Positions 16,811 through 24,832 are shown, counted from the first letter of the stretch. The stretch: 32,000 nucleotides of DNA from Microcystis aeruginosa NIES-843 (GCF_000010625.1 NC_010296.1:2730001-2762000), one strand, 5' to 3'. Numbers and translations: made by a program. The notes: generated from the sequence alone by a model not told the origin.

Positions 16811-18112
16811 TTAAGCTTTTTTTACACAAATTGCTGTTTCATAGAGTTTCTTCTTACCTCCACGTTTCCGCAAAACAAGAATTTGCTCAACAGCAAAACC
16901 ATTCTTTTCAAAAATTTTACCCAATAATATGTCAGTAAAAATATCAACGCCAGATAGTCTAGAATTGCCAACTATATATGCCCCTCTAAACTTTTTACTG
17001 GTAACTTTGGCAAGTTGAGCTATATGGTTATCCATCATATTAAAATATTTTATGGCGTAGTTACACATCAAGTTATTTTGTGGACGTAACTGGTTAACCA
17101 TCGGCAAAAGTATATCAAAAATATGATCATTTGGGGCTACTTCAATCTCATAAAGCATTGACGTAGCCTTACCCCATGTGCCACCAATTGAGGCACAATC
17201 TAGATCGGCAGATTCAGAAGCCTGTGAGAAAACTTCCATAAAGAAAAGTTGTGGACGAGTAGTATGGACATAACTAAATCTATTAGGATAAGGAGGAGAA
17301 GTAATCACTCTATCTATTGTTTCTTCGACAAAACTAGATAATTGGGTACTATCACCTAGGTAAACTTTTATAGTTCCCCACTTGTCTCTTGTAGATAAAT
17401 GTTTTAGATCAGTGATAATAGCTTCAAAGTTGTCACGGAAGTCTTTCCAAACCTTAATTTCACGGTTATGTTTATCATCAAAACTAATAGTAGGGTGATT
17501 TCGATGAATATTAGCGCAATCTAGAACCGAAGAACACAAAGCTAACCAATAAAGATGTTTATAGTTCTCATTCTCTATTTTCCAAACAGCCCGACGAATT
17601 AGAAGTAACTCTTTTAAAACTTCTTTTCTCCACCATCTAAATACATTGTGAATTGGTGGGATAGTTAATTGATATTTTTCCTCGGCAGTTTCTAAAGACA
17701 AATTCTTCGCTTCATCTAAAGTATCAAGAAGATAATTTTCAAAAGATTGAAAATGTTGAGTTAATTGTTCAAGATCAACTGCCCAAGTCAAGGCATATTC
17801 AGATGCAAGTTTTAGTAATGGATTCAACTCTATGCCTATAGCAAATAGTCCAAGTTTCTTAGCTTCTATTATCGTCGTACCTTTTCCTAAAAAGGGATCG
17901 CACAATACAGTTTTTGATGAACATTCTAAATATTCACATAGAAATCTAACTAATTCAGGAGCATAACTTGGCGTTAGTCTAAACCAACGATGAACAGGTT
18001 CATTAAGACCATTCAAGAAAGTAACATCCCCAAGTTTGGGTGTCAAAAAATTAAACCCTTCTTGAATGTATTGATCTGTGTAACTTGGTTCAAATAATTC
18101 AAGTTGGATCAT
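16811..18112 (-). CDS. DNA methyltransferase, N4-cytosine/N6-adenine family (motif I before motif IV, SPPY)
   Basis: DPFLGKGTT is the FxGxG SAM motif. About 190 aa later comes ITSPPYPNRF (motif IV). The ATG at 18112 has AAGGGAGA 6 nt upstream, so I prefer it to the track GTG at 18169. Confidence 0.85.
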   Translation of the reverse strand: MIQLELFEPSYTDQYIQEGFNFLTPKLGDVTFLNGLNEPVHRWFRLTPSYAPELVRFLCEYLECSSKTVLCDPFLGKGTTIIEAKKLGLFAIGIELNPLLKLASEYALTWAVDLEQLTQHFQSFENYLLDTLDEAKNLSLETAEEKYQLTIPPIHNVFRWWRKEVLKELLLIRRAVWKIENENYKHLYWLALCSSVLDCANIHRNHPTISFDDKHNREIKVWKDFRDNFEAIITDLKHLSTRDKWGTIKVYLGDSTQLSSFVEETIDRVITSPPYPNRFSYVHTTRPQLFFMEVFSQASESADLDCASIGGTWGKATSMLYEIEVAPNDHIFDILLPMVNQLRPQNNLMCNYAIKYFNMMDNHIAQLAKVTSKKFRGAYIVGNSRLSGVDIFTDILLGKIFEKNGFAVEQILVLRKRGGKKKLYETAICVKKA

Positions 18113-18212
18113 CTGATTCTCCCTTGTGTTGATGGTTAGATTCTGTGTGATACTCGGCAAATCTTTCACAAACTAAATTGATTACTCTATCAGCATGAGT
18201 ATAGGTTGCATA

Positions 18213-18479
18213 TTAACTCATAATTTTGTCAGCATATAAAATGGTTTTAAGTTCATCGAGTGAGACTTGATAATATTGGGCAATTTTTTCAAGTAAAGTG
18301 GTATTTAGAAACAAAAGTCCATTCTCTAATTTACTTAAGACAGACTGATCCATATCTAAATCGGCCGCAACCTTCCTAACTAATTTAGCTTTAGACTCCC
18401 GAAGTTCTTTGATTCGTTTGCCAAAGGAACGATAGCCATCGCTTTTTGACATATTTTTTTCTTGATTAATTTTATTCAA
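18213..18479 (-). CDS. XRE-family helix-turn-helix protein, likely controller of the adjacent RM genes
   Basis: FGKRIKELRESKAKLVRKVAADLDMDQSVLSKLENG is an HTH_3 pattern. The gene is co-directional with and immediately upstream of the methyltransferase. The start is either TTG at 18479 or ATG at 18452. Confidence 0.75.
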   Translation of the reverse strand: MNKINQEKNMSKSDGYRSFGKRIKELRESKAKLVRKVAADLDMDQSVLSKLENGLLFLNTTLLEKIAQYYQVSLDELKTILYADKIMS

Positions 18480-18537
18480 GATATTACTGTATCATACTGT
18501 GTTCGCTTCAGTCCACAGTTGCTGGAAGTTTTGCCTG

Positions 18538-18640
18538 AGTGCGATGTCGAAGGCACTACCTAGCAGTACGCCGATTTTGTCGGGTGCGTTTCTTGCTGCA
18601 AATCCGACTAAGCAACTAATCGACGACAGGGAACGCACCC
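18538..18640 (+). repeat. Hairpin repeat copy A (HP family)
   Basis: AGTGCGATG...CGCCGATTTTGTC followed by GGGTGCGTT (18582-18590) pairing with AACGCACCC (18632-18640). Relative to copy B it carries two ~21-nt insertions. Confidence 0.8.
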
Positions 18641-18641
18641 T

Positions 18642-18754
18642 ATGCCATTTTTCTTTATTCGTGGCAGACATTCTACTCCTTTCTCCCTTTTTGGGAGAAG
18701 GGTTGGGGGTGAGGGAAATTAACCATCTCTGCCATTACTTTAGAAAAATGGTAT
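18642..18754. mobile_element. MITE derived from the IS630 copy-1 type element
   Basis: The left end is ATGCCATTTTTCTTTATTCGTGGCAGA. The reverse complement of the right end is ATACCATTTTTCTAAAGTAATGGCAGA. Both match the IS630 copy-1 left end ATACCATTTTTCTAAATTCCTGACAGA. At 113 bp it has no coding capacity. Confidence 0.7.
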
Positions 18755-18768
18755 TAGCAAGATCCTAT

Positions 18769-19470
18769 TCACGTTTCATCAGGATTATCCTCTATATTGT
18801 TGACTTTCGTTAATTGTGGAAAAATATCTCGTACTGCCTCTTCAAATTTTTTGTAGGAAGATAAGGATTCTAATTTCGACAATGGGATGTTTGTACCAAT
18901 CTGTGAATATAAATCGTCAATTTTTAGTTTATTTCGATAGCGTTTAGTAATACCTTCTCTGGCTTTATTGATGGCATTTTTAATCGTTTCTTTCGGATTG
19001 CTAAAAGATTCGGGTTCTTTATCGATTGCTAACTCACTATCACTTTTATTTGTACACAATTCTTTTTTTAGTAATTCTTTGTCTGCTAATATCCAGGCTT
19101 CAGTCATTTGTATTGGAACGATAGCAACTAAATTTTTACATAAGTCTCGCTCGTCTGATTTAATAGCATTAAAAGCCGGATTAATTCTTTCCTTAAATGC
19201 GTTTTTATCTGTTTTATCATCTGCGTCTGCATGGAAGCACAAAACCATTGCTCCCTTCTCCGCCGCTTGAATTGCGTATTTTTTAGCTTTTTCTCGGATA
19301 TTTTCGCCAGAGATTTGTGGAAGACAAATTGGATCAAAAATTTTTATATCTTGTTCATCGTCAAAAGCAACTCTCTCGAAAGTGCGCTGAATAATATTCG
19401 GTAAAAATCTATGATCGGAACTGCCTTCTGTAGCTAAGGCAATAATTATTTGTTTGATTTTTTTTGCCAT
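18769..19470 (-). CDS. Toprim-like (DUF4276-like) protein, putative nuclease partner of the upstream ATPase
   Basis: This 233-aa ORF starts 10 nt after the ATPase stop. An N-terminal beta-strand is followed by Glu (IIIALATEGSSD, E15). CFHADADD (D82, D84, D85) is a DxD-type metal site. Together these give the Toprim signature order. Confidence 0.65.
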   Translation of the reverse strand: MAKKIKQIIIALATEGSSDHRFLPNIIQRTFERVAFDDEQDIKIFDPICLPQISGENIREKAKKYAIQAAEKGAMVLCFHADADDKTDKNAFKERINPAFNAIKSDERDLCKNLVAIVPIQMTEAWILADKELLKKELCTNKSDSELAIDKEPESFSNPKETIKNAINKAREGITKRYRNKLKIDDLYSQIGTNIPLSKLESLSSYKKFEEAVRDIFPQLTKVNNIEDNPDET

Positions 19471-19480
19471 CTTAATTGAT

Positions 19481-20908
19481 TTACGTTAATTGGTTTTGTT
19501 GATTTTTAATATTTTTAATCGCACTTTCAGCATCAGCAGTTTTTAGATATTCGACAACTTCCGAGAGAGTTAGCTTGGCCTCATTTTCGGAGAAAAATAA
19601 GGTTAATTGCTTTTTATTCTCTTTGATAACAGGGTGAAAATTACTGCTTTTCATCTTAATTCGCTTCCCTTCAATAGTGGATATTATAGTGGTAAGTTGA
19701 GAAAGCCAAATGCTGACATTTTTATCATCTTGCCAATTAATTAATTGACTCACCAGAACCGGAGAATGAGTGTTCACTATTACTTGGCGTAAAGGCATTT
19801 CAGTATCTTCAAAATCGACAGTTAGCTCTTTTAATAATCTTGCCATTGCTTGAATACGAAAAGGATGGATGCCATTTTCTGGCTCTTCAAAACACAGTAA
19901 TCCTGTGTGTTGTCGGTCGTATTGCAGGACACATAATGTTAATAAACGTAGGGTTCCTTCGGAAAGCACTCTCGAAGAAAACTCCCGACCATCATCACCT
20001 TTTACCTTGATAATAAATTGTCGATTTGCTTTGTCGTCATAAACATTAACTTCTGTAAGATTCGGTAGCAGATTATTGAGATCACGGGAAATTGCTGTGA
20101 GGGTATATTCATCATCTTGTTTGATGCGAAATAAAGCAGCGGCTAAATTCTTTCCGCTTGCTGTTATTGTATCTCTGATGCCCATATCTTGACGCGTAGG
20201 TTCTCGCAGATCTTCGGGATTAAGCTGCATAAACTTCCAACTCAGCATTTCTTGTTTGGCGGCTAATATATGTTTAAAATCTATGGTATTAATGCTGCTT
20301 AAAACAGTTTGTGATGCGTTTTTTGCGGGAAATACTTTTTTATTTCCTTGTTGACCGTCTTGAGGTACAACAATGGTAGCAATACCATTAATATCTTCAG
20401 TCTTAATATAAGGAATGGCTCTCCTACCCGTTACTACTTTTGGTCGCCAAGTTTCCAATACTGTCTTAGGAATATAATTTTTTACCCAATTATCTTCATT
20501 GTGCTTTAAGTTTTCTAAACTTTCATAAACAATATACAAGTTTTCAAAGCCACTTATATTAGACTCTCGTTTAATTTTTAATTGATAGCGTAATCTTGTA
20601 TATTTAAGATCGACTTCCCCACCCCAATTATCTTTTACCTTGCGATTGACTAACATTTCAACTATAAATTCCATTTCCGTGGCGTAGTCGTCCTCATCAT
20701 ATTGGGTAAAAAGTTCGCTAGGATGTCCTCGTTGCTCGCTAAAAGCCGTCTTCAGATCCACTTCTGCCAGCCGCGCCAACAATTGCAAAGCATCAAATAA
20801 ATTACTCTTACCAGAAGCATTAACCCCAGCAACTACAGTAAGCGGCGTGAATACCATTTCAAAATTATGAAAGGATTTAAAGCCATGAATTTTAATATAA
20901 GTAATCAT
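19481..20908 (-). CDS. ABC/SMC-type ATPase of the OLD/AriA/GajA-like group (AAA_15/AAA_21-like)
   Basis: Walker A is GVNASGKS (aa 28-35). A signature-like LSEGTLRLL follows, then Walker B/D-loop LLCFEEPENGIHP and H-loop NTHSP. A long insertion lies between the N- and C-terminal ATPase halves. Confidence 0.8.
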   Translation of the reverse strand: MITYIKIHGFKSFHNFEMVFTPLTVVAGVNASGKSNLFDALQLLARLAEVDLKTAFSEQRGHPSELFTQYDEDDYATEMEFIVEMLVNRKVKDNWGGEVDLKYTRLRYQLKIKRESNISGFENLYIVYESLENLKHNEDNWVKNYIPKTVLETWRPKVVTGRRAIPYIKTEDINGIATIVVPQDGQQGNKKVFPAKNASQTVLSSINTIDFKHILAAKQEMLSWKFMQLNPEDLREPTRQDMGIRDTITASGKNLAAALFRIKQDDEYTLTAISRDLNNLLPNLTEVNVYDDKANRQFIIKVKGDDGREFSSRVLSEGTLRLLTLCVLQYDRQHTGLLCFEEPENGIHPFRIQAMARLLKELTVDFEDTEMPLRQVIVNTHSPVLVSQLINWQDDKNVSIWLSQLTTIISTIEGKRIKMKSSNFHPVIKENKKQLTLFFSENEAKLTLSEVVEYLKTADAESAIKNIKNQQNQLT

Positions 20909-21025
20909 AGTTTTAGGCGATAGGTAATATTAAAACATCAGCGCAATATTTAACCATACTGGAAAATCTTCTCAACTTTCGCCTGATACTGTCCTACTAT
21001 AATCTAGACATTGGTTTACAGAGGT

Positions 21026-21090
21026 AGTGCGATGCCGCCGATTTTGTCGGGTGCGTTACCTGCCGCAACGAGGGAGAACGCACCTTACTG
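21026..21090 (+). repeat. Hairpin repeat copy B (HP family)
   Basis: AGTGCGATGCCGCCGATTTTGTCG followed by GGTGCGTT (21050-21057) pairing with AACGCACC (21077-21084). Confidence 0.8.
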
Positions 21091-21310
21091 ATCGATTCCT
21101 GAGAGTATAGGGTCTTAGTCTAACAAAACCCATAGACAACAGCTTATCTGGCTGACGGCCGACGGCTGAGGACCGGCGGCTAAAAATTAACATTGCAAGA
21201 AAACTTAACAATTGGCCAAGAAACTCGATCGAGTAGGTAGAATAGCAAGTAAATCATTTTGTAAACTCCAACCGATTAATTAACCAGAATAGAGATAACC
21301 CAGAACGCCT

Positions 21311-21841
21311 GTGATAGATAAAAGACGCACTACTCGCGATCTCCCCCAAATTAACGAAAGAATCCGCTTTCCCGAAATCCGCGTTATCGATAGCGACGGC
21401 TCTCAACTAGGAATTATTACTCCTGCCGAAGCTTTACGCGTGGCCGAAGAAAAGGAACTTGATCTCGTCCTCGTCAGTGAAACGGCAAGTCCTCCCGTTT
21501 GCCGGATTATGGACTATGGTAAGTACAAGTTTGAACAGGAGAAAAAAGCGCGTGAAGCCAAGAAAAAACAGCATACAGCCGATATAAAAGAAGTTAAAAT
21601 GCGCTATAAAATCGATGAGCATGACTACAACGTGCGAGTCAACCAAGCGCAACGTTTTTTAAAAGCGGGAGATAAGGTAAAAGCGACGATTACCTTCCGA
21701 GGCCGGGAAATTCAACACTCTAACCTAGCGGAAGAATTACTGGCGCGCATGGCCAAAGATTTACAGGATGTGGCTGAGGTACAGCAAGCGCCAAAAAAAG
21801 AAGGTCGTAACATGATGATGATGTTATCGCCGAAAAAATAA
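21311..21841 (+). CDS. infC: Translation initiation factor IF-3
   Basis: [44 protein letters not shown] and [14 protein letters not shown]...TFRGREI. There is no ATG at the N-terminus, so the start is GTG 21311 or the adjacent ATA 21314. Confidence 0.93.
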   Translation: MIDKRRTTRDLPQINERIRFPEIRVIDSDGSQLGIITPAEALRVAEEKELDLVLVSETASPPVCRIMDYGKYKFEQEKKAREAKKKQHTADIKEVKMRYKIDEHDYNVRVNQAQRFLKAGDKVKATITFRGREIQHSNLAEELLARMAKDLQDVAEVQQAPKKEGRNMMMMLSPKK

Positions 21842-21847
21842 CTAACT

Positions 21848-22055
21848 AGGGTCTGCTGAAAAAGTTTTTCCTAGGGGCAGGGTGTAGGGTGTGGGGTGTG
21901 GGGTTTTACCCATTTTCATCGGGTAAATTACCTAATTTTCAGGGAAAAAGTCCAGGGATTTCCCCCCGACCACTCCCATATCTGGTACTTTTTGATTGAC
22001 AAAAAGTCTAAAAGTCTTACCCAACAAGGTTTTTAGATTTATTCAGCTAACCCTA
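21848..22055 (+). mobile_element. MITE-Y, full copy
   Basis: Termini are TAGGGTCTGCTGAA and TTCAGCTAACCCTA (inverted). TA occurs at both junctions around the GGG...CCC core. An internal GGTGTRG heptamer run is present. Confidence 0.75.
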
Positions 22056-22063
22056 ACTAATCC

Positions 22064-22097
22064 GGAAAAAGGGGCTAAGACCCCTTTTTTGTTTTTC
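22064..22097. terminator. Possible bidirectional intrinsic terminator between infC and phoX
   Basis: AAAAAGGGG CTAAGA CCCCTTTTT is a perfect 9-bp hairpin with A/T tracts on both sides, but only four G:C pairs. Confidence 0.4.
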
Positions 22098-22137
22098 AGA
22101 AATCCGGAAAGGAAACCAATAATTTAAAACAAATGTA

Positions 22138-24345
22138 TTATCCAGATTTTGACTCAATTCGCCGAATCGCCACCACTGCCGGCCGGGGAGGTTGATTAAC
22201 TTGACCACTGGGCCAATTCGACCCTAGGGGTACTTGTCGTATTTGTTCAAATTCCTGCCCATTAGTGGTTTTAAGGGCAAATTTGCGGTTTTCAAAGGCC
22301 AAATCCCGACGAATTCCCCCCGCTTCCCCCGGATGTTGTACTGCCAAAAATAACGTCTCTTGGTCGGGAGTAAAGTACAATCCCGTTAATTCCGCATCCA
22401 TGGGAGCGATAGCAAAAGGATAGGGATGCTCTTGACCCTTGGCAAACACCCAAGCGCTATTATTGCCAAAAATACCCAATAAATCCCGTTGACTAACCGG
22501 GACACCTTGGGGATAACGAGTTTTCATCTCTCGATTTAACCCACCCGTGGAAATATCGCTAACCATCCAGAGATTTCCCTGTTTATCGAAAGCGAGGTTA
22601 TCGGGATTAGAAAAACCCTCACCTTTCTCTGTCGGTTCCCCTCCATAAGCGACCACATCCCAACGAAAACTTAAGGAAGCAGCATCGTTATTATCTTCCC
22701 TTAAGCTGATAATCCAACCAAATTCGTAGGGTATTTCGCCATTTGGCCCCTTAAATATTTCCTTATCGGCTCCTCCCTCCGCTTCACTGGGACTACCAGA
22801 GGTAAAGGTCATATATAAAGTGCCATTCTCGTCCACTTCCGTATCTTCCGGGCGACCAGTACAAGTGACCCCAACGGCGTTAGCGGCAAAATGAGCATCG
22901 ATGAGAATTGCCCCCTGTTTTTCCGTCCTATTACCTTCATACAGGTCTGCGAGGGTCTTATATTTAGCTTTGTAGGCCAGAATCTCCTCATCGTCCTTAA
23001 ATAGCAGTAATTTAGTATCATTGACCGTTCTTTCGGGATTCGGCAAGGCTACCACCCCATCCCCGCGACTAGCGGCAATTTGACTCGGTAGGACGGGATT
23101 TATCTCCGTGTCGGGATTTAAGGGTATCCAATAACCGGTTTTATCGGCGTTGAATTTGGCCCCGTAGAGCATTCCTTTTTCTAGGAGTTTTGAGTTATTT
23201 TTCTGCTTAATATCGCTAATTTTGCCCTCCGAAACGAATTTATAGATATGACCGCCTCTGCGATCGCAACCTGAATAAACCGCCAAGGGTTGCCCCGTCC
23301 GAGGGAGAAAAGCGACCGCTTCATGGCGAAAACGCCCTAACCAAGTGTGTTTTGTGCCGTAATCGTCGGGATTGGCCGGATCCACCTCCACCATCCAACC
23401 GTATTTATTTCCTGCTAACCCGAAGACGTTACCCCGGCCATCCACTTCCGAACTATTGAGAATAAAGGGGGTAGTATCGGGATGCAAAGAGGAACCATCT
23501 TTTAACACTACCTCGGTCACTTGGTCTTGAAAGTTCTCCTCGGCACTAAATACAGTCCCCCAAGGCGTTGTTCCCCCGGCGCAATTTTGCAACGTTCCGA
23601 TAATTTTTGCCCCTAATCCGTCATCGTAGCCAAGTTTATCGGTTTTGGTAAAAATTGCTACAGCAGGACCGGTCGTTTTCAGGTAGTGACCGTCCTTTAG
23701 TCCAGAGATACCGGTAATGCGGCGATCGGCTTTACTATAGGTACGTTGCCATTTTCCCGTTTGATCTTTAGCCAGGGAAATTACGCCAATTCCCTGATCA
23801 ATTAAGCCTTCTAGGGATATTTCCTCGATTTTTGCCTTTAAGCTGGCATCTTGCAGGTGATAGGCGGCAATTTCACCCTTTTCATTCGTTTTTTCCCGTA
23901 CTTCCTTGACGGGTAGGGTTTTACCGATCACTTGTTCAAAGGTTTGTAGCCAAGTACGACCACTGATATATTCAAAATTAACGGTTAGATAACCTTGACC
24001 CGGACTGGTTTCGATAAAAGATAGATAATCATTGTTATAACCGAAACGGGAATCACCCACTGCATCCCCCCACTGGGCCAGCACATCATAGGTGAATCCT
24101 TGCGGAAGAACGAGATCATCTAGGACTTTATAGGTTTGATAGGCACTTTTTTGGCTTTCATCGCTCATGCCGTCAATTTTTAAGGGAATCGGCAGTTTGA
24201 CTGCAGCAAAGTTTAACCCGAAACTATTGGCAGCGATCGCAGGACTGCTGATCAGAGAGGAAGATTTTTTCTCTTGCAGACTGAAAAAAGAGACACCAGC
24301 AGTGGCAGTTAAAAAGGTGAGGAAATTACGGCGAGAAATACTCAT
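22138..24345 (-). CDS. phoX: PhoX-family alkaline phosphatase (DUF839), Tat-exported
   Basis: The twin-arginine signal is MSISRRNFLTFLTATAGVS. The motif NCAGGTTPWGTVFSAEEN is typical of PhoX. Beta-propeller-like repeats are present. A Pho-box promoter lies upstream. Confidence 0.85.
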   Translation of the reverse strand: MSISRRNFLTFLTATAGVSFFSLQEKKSSSLISSPAIAANSFGLNFAAVKLPIPLKIDGMSDESQKSAYQTYKVLDDLVLPQGFTYDVLAQWGDAVGDSRFGYNNDYLSFIETSPGQGYLTVNFEYISGRTWLQTFEQVIGKTLPVKEVREKTNEKGEIAAYHLQDASLKAKIEEISLEGLIDQGIGVISLAKDQTGKWQRTYSKADRRITGISGLKDGHYLKTTGPAVAIFTKTDKLGYDDGLGAKIIGTLQNCAGGTTPWGTVFSAEENFQDQVTEVVLKDGSSLHPDTTPFILNSSEVDGRGNVFGLAGNKYGWMVEVDPANPDDYGTKHTWLGRFRHEAVAFLPRTGQPLAVYSGCDRRGGHIYKFVSEGKISDIKQKNNSKLLEKGMLYGAKFNADKTGYWIPLNPDTEINPVLPSQIAASRGDGVVALPNPERTVNDTKLLLFKDDEEILAYKAKYKTLADLYEGNRTEKQGAILIDAHFAANAVGVTCTGRPEDTEVDENGTLYMTFTSGSPSEAEGGADKEIFKGPNGEIPYEFGWIISLREDNNDAASLSFRWDVVAYGGEPTEKGEGFSNPDNLAFDKQGNLWMVSDISTGGLNREMKTRYPQGVPVSQRDLLGIFGNNSAWVFAKGQEHPYPFAIAPMDAELTGLYFTPDQETLFLAVQHPGEAGGIRRDLAFENRKFALKTTNGQEFEQIRQVPLGSNWPSGQVNQPPRPAVVAIRRIESKSG

Positions 24346-24421
24346 ATTTTCGGCAATAAAGTCAAAACTGATACTCAGACCTTGATTAGGTTAAATTTTA
24401 TTACGGACACTTGACATAGGG

Positions 24422-24465
24422 ATTATACAGTATCCAAGTTATGACTAAGTTAACAGCCAGTTAAA
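24422..24465 (-). promoter_or_regulatory. Pho-box promoter of phoX: three 8-bp direct repeats at 11-bp spacing plus a -10 TATAAT
   Basis: The minus strand reads TTTAACTG gct GTTAACTT agt CATAACTT ggatactg TATAAT. The boxes sit at 24458-24465, 24447-24454 and 24436-24443, and the -10 at 24422-24427. This matches the cyanobacterial SphR/PhoB box pattern PyTTAAPyPy(T/A) with one deviation per unit. Confidence 0.65.
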
Positions 24466-24490
24466 AAGCTCTCCTGCAAAAATCTTCCGT

Positions 24491-24807
24491 TATACTAAAT
24501 CCGGTTATTAAAAACTGATTATTTAGGGCTTGCTGAATAAATCTAAAAACCTTGTTGGATAAGACTTTTAGACTTTTTGGAAACCAAAAAGTGCCAGATC
24601 CCGGAGTGATCGGGTGGAAAATTCCTGGACTTTTTCCCTGAAAATTAGGTAATTGACCCCCTCAAAATCGCTAAAACCCTACACCCTACACCCTACACCC
24701 CACACCCTGCCCCCAGGAAAAACTTTTTGCCGCAAACCCTATTTATCCCCCCTTTTGCATGAGTGCCTGTCCTTATAAGTAGCATTATGCTCAACGGATT
24801 TAGTATA
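24491..24807. mobile_element. MITE-X copy with a nested inverted MITE-Y (24524-24741)
   Basis: Perfect inverted termini are TATACTAAATCCG (24491-) and CGGATTTAGTATA (-24807). TA flanks the TAC...GTA core. The internal Y copy is itself flanked by TA (GATTATT-TA-GGGC...ACCC-TA-TTTAT). Confidence 0.75.
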
Positions 24808-24832
24808 AATTCTGCTGTAAGCTGATAGCTAG

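Noticed and set aside
18499-18813. 104-aa + strand ORF
   Set aside because: It is composed almost entirely of hairpin repeat copy A and the IS630-derived MITE, and it overlaps the 3' end of the Toprim-like gene. It has no RBS.
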